Below are positions 25,673 through 34,867 of a DNA stretch of 64,000 nucleotides, piece after piece. A program made the position numbers and the translations under genes. The DNA comes from Candidatus Poribacteria bacterium (GTDB taxonomy: Bacteria > Poribacteria > WGA-4E > WGA-3G): contig CBDCOJ010000016.1 in the NCBI GenBank assembly GCA_965219695.1, forward strand, positions 32,360 to 96,359, read 5' to 3'. Under the pieces are notes generated by a model, which had not been told where the DNA came from, searched no databases, and worked only from the letters and a program-made list of their open reading frames with translations. Every line of letters begins with the position of its first letter. Position 1 is the first letter of the stretch.

Positions 25673-26509
25673 ATGAAACAGATACAAAGTCTTCTCGCAT
25701 TGATAGTTTTGCTGTTTGCTGTATTCGGTTGTGGTACAGCAGACAATCTTATCGGTGACGGAGATAAAATTGATACATCTACAGGCAAATTGCAAGGAGA
25801 AGTGCAGTCAATTGATGGAGTAGCAATTCAAGTGCGCCTATTAAAAGGCGGACAACTCGTGGCACATACCGAAGCACATGGTAGTTACGATTTGAACGAT
25901 ATTGAAGCGGGAGATTACACACTCCACATCTCAGCTAATGGATACCAAGAAGTCACACTCAATGTTACTGTTGTTGGCGGAGAAACTGTTTCATTAGATA
26001 AAGTGTCACTTGTTGAATTAGTAATCCCTGGACATGATTTGGATCCGGGTGAGGGATTGAACATCGGCAGCCAAGCACCAGATTTTGAGTTGCCAGATGG
26101 AAATGGTGAGTTACACGCTTTTTCAGACTATATCGGAAATAACAAAAAGGTGGTGATCGTTTTCTACCGAACTGGTGGCTGAGGCCTCTGCACTTCGCAA
26201 CTCGTGGAGTTGCAACAGAATTACGAAAAAATTCAAGACGCAGGTGCAGAACTTTTCGCGATCAGTTCCGAAAACGTGGCGTTAACACAAAAGACAGCCG
26301 AAAACCACGGACTCAAATATCCTGTACTCTCCGATAACAAAAAAGAGATGATTATCGCTTACAATGTGCTCGATCCGTATAACACCAGAATAGCACGTCC
26401 TGCAGCGTATATTATTACACCAGATAGAAAAGTTGCTTGGAAATCACTTGATACTGCTGGTGTGCGAGTGCCAACAGCGACTATTTTGACGGAATTGGGC
26501 AAACTCTGA
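25673..26509 (+). CDS. Lipoprotein: one CarboxypepD_reg-like domain plus a peroxiredoxin/redoxin-like domain with in-frame TGA (candidate Sec, U-G-L-C)
   Basis: The track ORFs 25646-26182 and 26204-26509 share one frame (26204-26180 = 24). Read-through gives ...VVIVFYRTGG-[TGA]-GLCTSQLVELQQNYEKIQDAGAELFAISSEN.... ATG 25673 yields MKQIQSLLALIVLLFAVFGCGT. Confidence 0.7.
26197..26213 (+). promoter_or_regulatory. Candidate bacterial SECIS hairpin 2
   Basis: gcaactc-gtg-gagttgc is a perfect 7-bp stem. It starts 15 nt after the TGA at 26180-26182, the same position as in paralog 1. Confidence 0.5.
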
Positions 26510-27624
26510 TGAAACCTCAAGATACAGTTTTAGCAAACATCCTCGCGGACAGTAAAGAGGCGATGCAAAAACGAGATACGCTCAACCGTCGCCAATTCCT
26601 AAGTCGTATCGGTACTATTAGTGGTGCTGCGCTAAGTACTCTTCCCGCTTTCGCGCAAATTGGTGGTGGGCGGGTGTTGACCCCTCCAACGGAAACAGCA
26701 GCACTTCCACCTGTAGTCGAAGTTCTCGGGAAACAGGTTTGGGATGAAGACAGACTCAACGAAGATGTTGTAGGTGAAATGATTGATCAGTCTATGATGA
26801 AGCTGACTGGTCGAGATTCTGCCAAAGAGGCGTGGCGAGACTTTGTGCTACCTGACCACATTGTCGGTATTAAAATTAATCCGATTGCCGGTCCAAAATT
26901 GAGCACACACTCAGCAATAGTCAACAAAATTATTGAGGGTTTATTCAGTGCTGGGGTACTTAGAAAGCAGATCATTATTTGGGATCGATTTGAAGCACAT
27001 TTACTTAACGCTGGGTATCCGATTAAGACAGATGAAGGGGATGTACGAACACTTGCCTCTGATATGGATGACATCGGTTATGATGACAAAGTATTTTATG
27101 AAACCGAAGAAGACAGCATTACCAGACGAGAAAATGAAAGCACCCGTTCTCAATATTCTCGCATCGTTACAGAACTGGTAGATGTATTAATTAATGTGCC
27201 TGTCTTGAAACACCACGATATGGCAGGCATAAGCGGATGTTTAAAGAATATGGCTTTTGGTAGTGTTGACAATACAAAGCGGTTCCACGGAAAACCACTC
27301 TACTGCAATCCTGCTATTGGTGAGATTTTTCAAAACAAAGTTTTAAAAGAGAAGGTCGTCCTCAATATCGTTGACGGATTGACTGCTTCTTTTGACCAAG
27401 GTCCTGGATATGACGCAGAGAGTACTTGGAAATTTGGGGGCATGTTTGTGGGGACTGATCCGGTTATCTTAGATGTGCTTATTCTTCAAACTGTGAATCA
27501 GAAACGCGAGGAGATGGGATTGAGTTCAATGTCTAAATATGCCAACCACATCACTACCTCAAGTAGTCTCGGTTTGGGCAGCAATTCACTGAATCAGGTT
27601 AATCTACAGAAAATTGAGGTGTAA
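26509..27624 (+). CDS. DUF362 domain protein with twin-arginine (TAT) signal
   Basis: The TAT signal is NRRQFLSRIGTISGAALSTLPAFAQ. The DUF362 pattern includes IVGIKINP and SGC. The start overlaps the upstream stop (TGATGA). Confidence 0.75.
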   Translation: MKPQDTVLANILADSKEAMQKRDTLNRRQFLSRIGTISGAALSTLPAFAQIGGGRVLTPPTETAALPPVVEVLGKQVWDEDRLNEDVVGEMIDQSMMKLTGRDSAKEAWRDFVLPDHIVGIKINPIAGPKLSTHSAIVNKIIEGLFSAGVLRKQIIIWDRFEAHLLNAGYPIKTDEGDVRTLASDMDDIGYDDKVFYETEEDSITRRENESTRSQYSRIVTELVDVLINVPVLKHHDMAGISGCLKNMAFGSVDNTKRFHGKPLYCNPAIGEIFQNKVLKEKVVLNIVDGLTASFDQGPGYDAESTWKFGGMFVGTDPVILDVLILQTVNQKREEMGLSSMSKYANHITTSSSLGLGSNSLNQVNLQKIEV

Positions 27625-27628
27625 TTCC

Positions 27629-27871
27629 ATGAAAAGCAAATACATTCCTATATTTATTCTGCTGAGCGTATTTTTCATGACGGTTGTACTTTCAGGTTGT
27701 ACGGTGACCTTCACTGCAAACGACTCGTTACAGTTTAACCTCTCAAAACCGACTGACAAAACCGTGTCTCTTGTTACTGAATTTGAAGCAGGTGAAGAAG
27801 ATAATGTCTCTGGTGATGTTACACAGAAGGCTGGCAGTGTCTGTGCTGGCGGGGCATGCATCATTTATTAG
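27629..27871 (+). CDS. Small lipoprotein, hypothetical
   Basis: MKSKYIPIFILLSVFFMTVVLSGC is a lipobox, and a gaggtg RBS lies upstream. The C-terminus is Cys-rich (CAGGAC). Confidence 0.55.
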   Translation: MKSKYIPIFILLSVFFMTVVLSGCTVTFTANDSLQFNLSKPTDKTVSLVTEFEAGEEDNVSGDVTQKAGSVCAGGACIIY

Positions 27872-27977
27872 ATATTATCTGACAATCAAATTATCCTTGC
27901 CTTGTTTGCTTCTTTGCGGAGACTTTTCTCAATCCCATAGTTATATTTCCGCACTACTGCTTTGTCAACATATTATA

Positions 27978-28120
27978 GTAGGTCGAGATTCGGAGATCGC
28001 TCCTACCGATGGACTGCTTATGGTAGGAGGGAACTCCAATTCCCGACTATTAGGGGTTGCGTCGCGATTCGGAGATCGCTCCCGCTGAATGCCAAAAGCG
28101 CATTCAGCGTTGATTCACAG
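27978..28120. repeat. Composite REP block (REP-A rev, REP-B fwd, REP-A rev, HP-1)
   Basis: The last roughly 100 bp are near-identical to 42661-42757. Confidence 0.9.
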
Positions 28121-28180
28121 AATATATGTAAACTTATTTACATAATTTACTATAAATTCCCGTGCAATGCAGGGTTAAAG

Positions 28181-30505
28181 TTATTGATTGGTATCTGGTA
28201 AATCTATTGGCTGGATGTTGTCATCTTTGTCAAAAGTGAAATCTGCGAATCCAACACCTATGATACTAATCCGAATGTTCCCCAACCCATCGGTCATGAG
28301 ACTAACATCTCCCCTACTCATATATCCTAATACTTCTATCTGTAGGGATCCATCACTTTGATACCTATCCTTATTGTTTATCTCTCTCAGAATGACATTA
28401 CCTTTCTCTTTTTTTATTTGATAGTTATTTTGTTTCAGCCAGTTTTGCACGACTTCCGAGTCTTTTTTCCAAGGCTTTTTTACGACTTTATCCGGCACTT
28501 TTCTAACACCGATTTTTTCCCAATCCCAAAGGAGTACAGTACCATCCTGGCTGCCGCTGGCAAGCGTTTTACCGTCGGGAGAAAAATCCAATGTTTCAAT
28601 CGGTTTTGTATGTCCAGTCACAGTCCCTAAACCGTTCCCTGTCTCTACATCCCATATCTGGACATCATACTCTTTACCGTGCGATCCTGCAGCCAGAAGA
28701 GATTTGCTATCTGGTGCGAACAAAATCACATTTGTAACCCCTCTAAAATTATTTAGAATCATGGTGGATTCTCCAATTCCTGTTGATGTCACTTTTGACA
28801 AAATGACCCCGTACCGATCTTTTACTGCAAGGGTGGTACCGTCAGGTGAGAATGCCAATACTTCAGATCTATCAAATGCTGTAGTAAAAGGAGTTAGATA
28901 TCGCTCTGAATTGATATTCCATACCTGTGTTGGTACCCAACGTCCATAAGTGGCAAGTAAGGTTCCGTCGGCTGAAAACATTAACTTTCTGTCTCTAAAC
29001 GGTTCTTTCGTTTTTAGGTGAAACAGTTTCAGACGAGTGTTAGTGTCCCACAATTCAATTACCTGCGAATTGCTGTAAGCAATAGTATTTTTATCAGGTG
29101 AGAATGCGACTGCTGTAGCCTTTCCACCTACTTCTAACTCGGGAACGGGAATCTCATCTCCAGTAGCTATCTCCCAAAGTTTCATGTGTTTATCAATTTT
29201 GAATTCTGATCGTCCAACCCCAATCATAGCAGTACCACCCCAACTCATAAAGCGTATCGCATCAGGTGACAATACAAGTTGACGTACTATATCACGTTTG
29301 CCAGCAGAAAAGGTAATCAGTTCTTGCTTCGTTTTCAGGCTCCAAATCTCTATAGTTCCGTTATATGATCCGCATGCCAGTGCAGTACCATCTTTAGAAA
29401 ACTTAACAGCCTTTACAAATTCTGTATGACCTGATGTAAATGTAGTGATTTCTTCTCCTGTGTCTTGATTCCAAAACCGTATTGTGCCATCGTAACTACC
29501 ACTCGCCAATGTTCTACCATCAGGGGAAAATGCTAATGCGTTGATTGCGCTTGCATGTCCTAATAGCGTTGCACGTTCAGCATGTGTCTCTATATCCCAG
29601 AGTTTGATAACCTTATTCGCATCCCCACTTGCTAAGATTCTTCCATCTTTAGAGACGGCTAATGCATTAATCCAGCCTTTATGTCGTTCAAGTATCGCAA
29701 GCCTTTTCCGTTTATCAGCATCCCACAATCGTACAGTTTTATCTTCACCTCCGCTTGCAAGTATTCTTCCATCGGGTGAAAACGCTAAAGCAGTAATTTT
29801 TCGATCTCTTGGGGAATTAACCATACCTTCAACCAATTTCAGAGAACCCAACAAAGTGATATGTCCTCTGAGAGTTGCTCGCTTTTTACCAGAATTCGAA
29901 TCCCACAAATATATTTTTCCATCATTATGTCCAGTGGCAAAGATATTTTGATCATCAGCAAAAGATATTGCATTATATGCGTCTAACTTCCACAATTCTG
30001 TTCCTAAGTTCAATAGCTTTTTGCCGGTACTTGCATTCCAATACTCAATTTGACCAGTTCTATCCAGACTAATGAGCGTTGTTCCACTGAATGCCAACGC
30101 CTTAATAAACATAACTCTTTCAGTCAATGTGGGTGTAGAAAGTAGGTTACCTGTATCTAAATCCCAAACTTGAATAAAAGGGATTTCCACTCCAGCGCTT
30201 GCAAGCATTTTGCTATCTGATGAAAATGCAAGTGCGTTCACATGCCCAGTATGTCCCGTGAACAAAGCGGTTTCTTTTCCATCTGGCACATCATATAACC
30301 ACACGCCAACATCTGTTCCTACAGCAAGTTCTGTGCCATCCGGTGAAAACCGCATGATATTTATACCGCCCTTTCCAAGCCGTGCGATTGCGCCTTCGGG
30401 TAAACCGGCTTGTGTATTGTCCTGTGCAAAACTGGTTGAGAGTATTGCTACAATCAATAGAAAAATCAGGCAAGATAGGTTTTTGATTTTCATGGCTAAA
30501 TTCAT
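28181..30505 (-). CDS. Secreted WD40 repeat protein (double propeller) with a novel ~100-aa C-terminal domain; array member 1
   Basis: 774 aa with a signal peptide, the conserved head FAQDNTQAGLPEGAIARLGKGGINIMRFSPDGT and about 14 WD repeats (GH...FSPDG..LASGS.D.T..LWD). An alternative start is ATG 30493. Confidence 0.9.
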   Translation of the reverse strand: MNLAMKIKNLSCLIFLLIVAILSTSFAQDNTQAGLPEGAIARLGKGGINIMRFSPDGTELAVGTDVGVWLYDVPDGKETALFTGHTGHVNALAFSSDSKMLASAGVEIPFIQVWDLDTGNLLSTPTLTERVMFIKALAFSGTTLISLDRTGQIEYWNASTGKKLLNLGTELWKLDAYNAISFADDQNIFATGHNDGKIYLWDSNSGKKRATLRGHITLLGSLKLVEGMVNSPRDRKITALAFSPDGRILASGGEDKTVRLWDADKRKRLAILERHKGWINALAVSKDGRILASGDANKVIKLWDIETHAERATLLGHASAINALAFSPDGRTLASGSYDGTIRFWNQDTGEEITTFTSGHTEFVKAVKFSKDGTALACGSYNGTIEIWSLKTKQELITFSAGKRDIVRQLVLSPDAIRFMSWGGTAMIGVGRSEFKIDKHMKLWEIATGDEIPVPELEVGGKATAVAFSPDKNTIAYSNSQVIELWDTNTRLKLFHLKTKEPFRDRKLMFSADGTLLATYGRWVPTQVWNINSERYLTPFTTAFDRSEVLAFSPDGTTLAVKDRYGVILSKVTSTGIGESTMILNNFRGVTNVILFAPDSKSLLAAGSHGKEYDVQIWDVETGNGLGTVTGHTKPIETLDFSPDGKTLASGSQDGTVLLWDWEKIGVRKVPDKVVKKPWKKDSEVVQNWLKQNNYQIKKEKGNVILREINNKDRYQSDGSLQIEVLGYMSRGDVSLMTDGLGNIRISIIGVGFADFTFDKDDNIQPIDLPDTNQ

Positions 30506-32826
30506 TTATTTGTGTTCTTTCCTTCGTCAAGAGGTTTGTGTTTCAGTTTTCTTTCTTCATCAAACATGAACTTGCCTACTCCTACACCAACCACACGAAT
30601 TTCAAGAACACCGTTTCCATCAATCTTAACATTTACCTTACCACTACTTATTCGTCCTCCGCCCCCACCTGAAACCGTGGTACTACCAGTACCACGTGTA
30701 AGCGTATATCCTTTTAAGGTTTTCTTAACTTTATATCCGTTTTTCTGCATCCAGTTTAAAATCGCTTCAGCTTCTTCCACCTTGCTGGCGTATTCCACGG
30801 GTTTATCAGGAGGCGCCAAATTGCTGCTCAAGTTTTTTTCTATTGCATCATTCATTGCCTTGGTAACGATCTTTTTCCAATCCCAGAGAAGGACTGTTCC
30901 ATCTTTACTTCCACTTGCAAACGTTTTGCCGTCTGTTGAAAATTCTAAGACTGTAATTTCCTCAGTATGTCCTGATAATGTACCAAGATTCCAGCCGTTT
31001 TTCACACCCCATAGCTGAATTAGATTTTTCCAACCATTCGTTTTCGGTGTAACAAGAAAGTTGCCATCAGGTGAGAATTTCAGTTCCTTATTACGTCCAG
31101 TATCAAGTATTTTACCGCGTTGTTTCATGCCGGTTGGTTTAATATCCCATAAAACAATATGATCATGATGACCAGAAGCAAGAAGTGTACTGTCAGGTGA
31201 AAATGCTACTGTTTCTGCAAGATCCATGTTGGAAGGTGTAATTCGCTGTTGCGTCCCAACATCCCATATTTGTGTTTGGTTATGCGCACCACCCGATGCA
31301 AACAGTTTGCCGTTGGGAGAAAACTCCAACCTTCTTGAAAATGGAGAATGTAAGTGCACGTGAAACATTTCCTCACCTGTGTTTATATCCCACGCAAGAA
31401 TGCTATCTCTATGACGAATTCCTGCGACAAGTATTTTGTTGTCCGGAGAGATTGCAAGTGCGTTCACAGGTCTATCCAAATCCTGCCAAGGACCAGGGAT
31501 ATGTTCATCCGTGGTAATGTTCCATAACTGGATAGGTTTCCGTTTACCTACGCCTGAACCGCGATATCCAAAACCTATTGGTCTAAATGCCAGTTTACCA
31601 CCATTGGCGCCTTGACTAACAAGAAGTGTTGCATCCGGTGAAAATGCTATTCCATTTGTATTCTCGTTTTGTGCTGCAGTAAAGGTGGTTAGTTCACGTT
31701 TCGTTTTTACACTCCATACATCAACAGATCCATCAAAGGAGGCACTTGTGAGTATTGTGCCGTTTTCTGAGAATGCGACTGTTTTAACCCACTCTGTGTG
31801 TCCAGCGGTGAAAGTAGAAATTACTTCGCCTGTATCTTGATTCCAGAACCTGATTGTGCCATCGTAACTACCACTCGCCAATGTTTTTTCATCAGGGGAA
31901 AACGCTAATGCACTAATCGCATTTGTATGTCCAATGAGCGTAGCCCGTTCCTGTTTTGTGTTTACATCCCAAAGTTTGATGACCTTATTCGTATCACCAC
32001 TTGCTAAGATACTTCCATCAGTAGAGAAAGCAACAGCAATAACCCACCCATTATGACCATTGAAGGTGGCAAGGCTTTTGCGATTTTCTGTATTCCACAA
32101 CTTGACAGTTTTATCTAAACTTCCACTGACGAGCATTTTTCCATCAGGTGAAAATGCCAATGCCCAAACATCTTTGTCATCGATTTTGAATAAACGCGCA
32201 TGCCCCATTAGGTTTGCTTGTCGTTTGCCCGTTGTTGCATCCCATAAACGGATTTTGCCGTCGCCATGACCAGTGGCAAGCATGTTGTTTGCTGGAGAAA
32301 ATACAACCGCTTCGTGAGATTGCATCCTACTTGAACTAGACGTCTTACTGCCAGTTTCAATATCCCAATGTGTGAATCTCCCAACCATATCCAAGCTAAT
32401 AAGTGTTTTAGCGTCTTCAGAGAATGCTAATGCCTCAATTGAATCTGTCGGTCTTGATAATGTGAAATTTGATAGTTTTGTCCCAGTTTCTATATCCCAT
32501 AGTTGAATAATAGGGTTTGAAAATCCACCGCTTGCGAGGATTTTTCCATCAGGTGAAAATGCAAGTGCGTTCACATGCCCAGTATGTCCCGTGAACAAAG
32601 CGGTCTCTTTTCCATCTGGCACATCGTATAACCAAACGCCAACATCTGTCCCTACCGCGAGATGTGTGCCATCCGGTGAAAACCGCATGATATTTATCCC
32701 ACCTTTGCCAAGCCGTGCAATTGCACCTTCAGGTAGACCGGCTTGTGTGTTATCTTGTGCGAAACTACTTGAGAGCAGTGTGACTGTGAGTAGCATAATT
32801 GTGAAGAATATGATTTTGGTTTTCAT
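30502..32826 (-). CDS. Secreted WD40 repeat protein, array member 2
   Basis: 774 aa. Its first roughly 95 residues are almost identical to member 1, also at DNA level. Its stop overlaps the start of member 1 (ATGA). Confidence 0.9.
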   Translation of the reverse strand: MKTKIIFFTIMLLTVTLLSSSFAQDNTQAGLPEGAIARLGKGGINIMRFSPDGTHLAVGTDVGVWLYDVPDGKETALFTGHTGHVNALAFSPDGKILASGGFSNPIIQLWDIETGTKLSNFTLSRPTDSIEALAFSEDAKTLISLDMVGRFTHWDIETGSKTSSSSRMQSHEAVVFSPANNMLATGHGDGKIRLWDATTGKRQANLMGHARLFKIDDKDVWALAFSPDGKMLVSGSLDKTVKLWNTENRKSLATFNGHNGWVIAVAFSTDGSILASGDTNKVIKLWDVNTKQERATLIGHTNAISALAFSPDEKTLASGSYDGTIRFWNQDTGEVISTFTAGHTEWVKTVAFSENGTILTSASFDGSVDVWSVKTKRELTTFTAAQNENTNGIAFSPDATLLVSQGANGGKLAFRPIGFGYRGSGVGKRKPIQLWNITTDEHIPGPWQDLDRPVNALAISPDNKILVAGIRHRDSILAWDINTGEEMFHVHLHSPFSRRLEFSPNGKLFASGGAHNQTQIWDVGTQQRITPSNMDLAETVAFSPDSTLLASGHHDHIVLWDIKPTGMKQRGKILDTGRNKELKFSPDGNFLVTPKTNGWKNLIQLWGVKNGWNLGTLSGHTEEITVLEFSTDGKTFASGSKDGTVLLWDWKKIVTKAMNDAIEKNLSSNLAPPDKPVEYASKVEEAEAILNWMQKNGYKVKKTLKGYTLTRGTGSTTVSGGGGGRISSGKVNVKIDGNGVLEIRVVGVGVGKFMFDEERKLKHKPLDEGKNTNK

Positions 32827-32844
32827 ATATTAATTTCCTCTATT

Positions 32845-34864
32845 TTATTTTGCTCTGGTAACGATTTTTTCCCAATCCCAAAGGAGAACGGTGCCATCAT
32901 CGCTGCCACTTGCGAGGATTTTACCGTCATGTGAGAACGCCAATGTCTCAATCCATTTCGCATGTCCAGATACATTCCCCAAATTATTGCCTGTATCCAC
33001 ATCCCAAAACTGAATAAGATTTTGTTGACCAGTATATTGGACGTCAAGAAGGATTTTCCCATCGGGAGAGAATGTTAACAAGCTGCCAAATCCTCGGTGA
33101 TTATTGCGAGTGATCTCCCTATGTTTTTCAATACTTGTTGGTGTTACACGCCATAGATCAATGCCTCCACGATATTTCAGAGCAAGCAGCGAACTGTCCG
33201 GTGAAAACGCTAATCCATCAGACTTTTGGATGTTCGGTAGTGCAATTTCGCCCTGTTTGGTTACATCCCATAACTGTGTTTGGACAAATGTGCCATGTGT
33301 CGCGAGAAGTTTCCCGTTAGGTGAGAACACTAATCTTCTCCCAAACGGTTCTTTCGTTTTAATATGGAGTAGTTTGGTCCCAGAGTTTATGTTGAACAGA
33401 TTGATACCCTGACGACGAGTGCCTGCAGCAAGTATTTTGTTATCAGGGGAGAATGCAAGTGCCGATGTCTCTTGTGGGAAAGATATGAGTTTGTCCCCTA
33501 TCGGAAGAATCGACAACCGAATTTCTTTGTGGGATTTCGATCTGGCAGTTGCGGTAGTCCCTTCTGAACTGACAATAGTATCTACTCCGTTGCAAGCAAA
33601 GAGTGTTGCGTCTTGAGAGAACGCTAATGCGTTTATCGCGTCGTAATGTGTAACCGATGGAGAGGGTAATTCTTTTCCTGTCTCAACATGCCATATTTGC
33701 ACTACGCCATCATACCCTGCACTGCATAACATGGTGTTATTCGTACTGAACGCAAGGGCTTTCACTGATGCTGTGTAGCCTGTTGCGAAGATTAAATGTT
33801 CTTTTCCGGTATTTGTATCCCAGAATCGAACAGTGCCATCAGAGCTTCCACTTGCAAGAAGTGCTTTTTCTGTGGGAGAGAACGCCAGTGTGTTAATGCT
33901 ATTCTTGTGTCCAGAAAGCGTAGCAAGATGTCGACCTTCGTTGACATCCCACAACATAATTGTATTGTCAGCACTCCCACTTGCCAGTATTTTACTGTCT
34001 GGTGAAAAAGCGACCGTATTAATAATTTCAGTATGTCCTTTAAGACTAACACGTTCTGCTTTGGTAGCCGTATCCCATAATCGGATCATGTCATCGTCGT
34101 GAGCACTCGCGATGGTTTTGCCATCAGGTGAAAATGCTAACGTCTCAACACCTTTTTTCACCTCTTTGTCCTTTGGGTTTCCACCGAGTAACTTTGAGAC
34201 GGTATTTCCTAAGGAGAGATTTGGTTTTCCCTTAAATACATCACTTAAACTGCCCTTGACTGTATCACCTAAACGGATTTCACATGCGATTGCATCCCCT
34301 GTAACAAAAGTTTTACCGTCCTTGGCAAATGCAACGACTGACTTTGAATTGTCGAATTGTTTTTTTGAGATTTCTTTGCCTGTTTCAATGTCCCACTCTA
34401 CAATATGTCCTGCTTTGCCGATACTGAAAAGTGTTTTTTTGTTTTCGGAAAATACCAGTGCTGAAATTCCAATAAACTTTTGGGTTAATGTAAAGGTTGA
34501 CAGCTGATTACCTGTTTCCAAATCCCATAAAATAATGATGGAATTATTATACCCAGTACTTGCGAGTTCTTTGCCATCTGGTGAGAATGCGATTACATTG
34601 ACTTCCTCAGTATGTCCAGAAAATAAAGGCGTTCCTTTTCCATCTGGCACATCATATACCCGTTTGCCACCACACGCCGATGCTTGTGCCTACTGCAAGG
34701 CGCGTGCCATCCGGTGAAAACTTTATCACACTTATTCCACCTTTTCCAAGACGGGCGAGTGCGCCTTCAGGTAGACCGACTTGCGTATTGTCCTGTGCAA
34801 AACTACTTGAGGGCAGTGTGACTGTGAGTAGCATAATTGTGAAGAATATGATTTTGGTTTTCAT
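32845..34864 (-). pseudogene. Secreted WD40 repeat gene, array member 3, disrupted by a 10-bp insertion
   Basis: The N-terminal 70-aa fragment (34652-34864) and the body (32845-34650) are in different frames. Against member 2, 10 bp (cccgtttgcc, 34659-34668) are inserted inside the GVWLYDVPDG codons. The gene lacks the C-terminal extra domain. Confidence 0.8.
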
Positions 34865-34867
34865 ATA

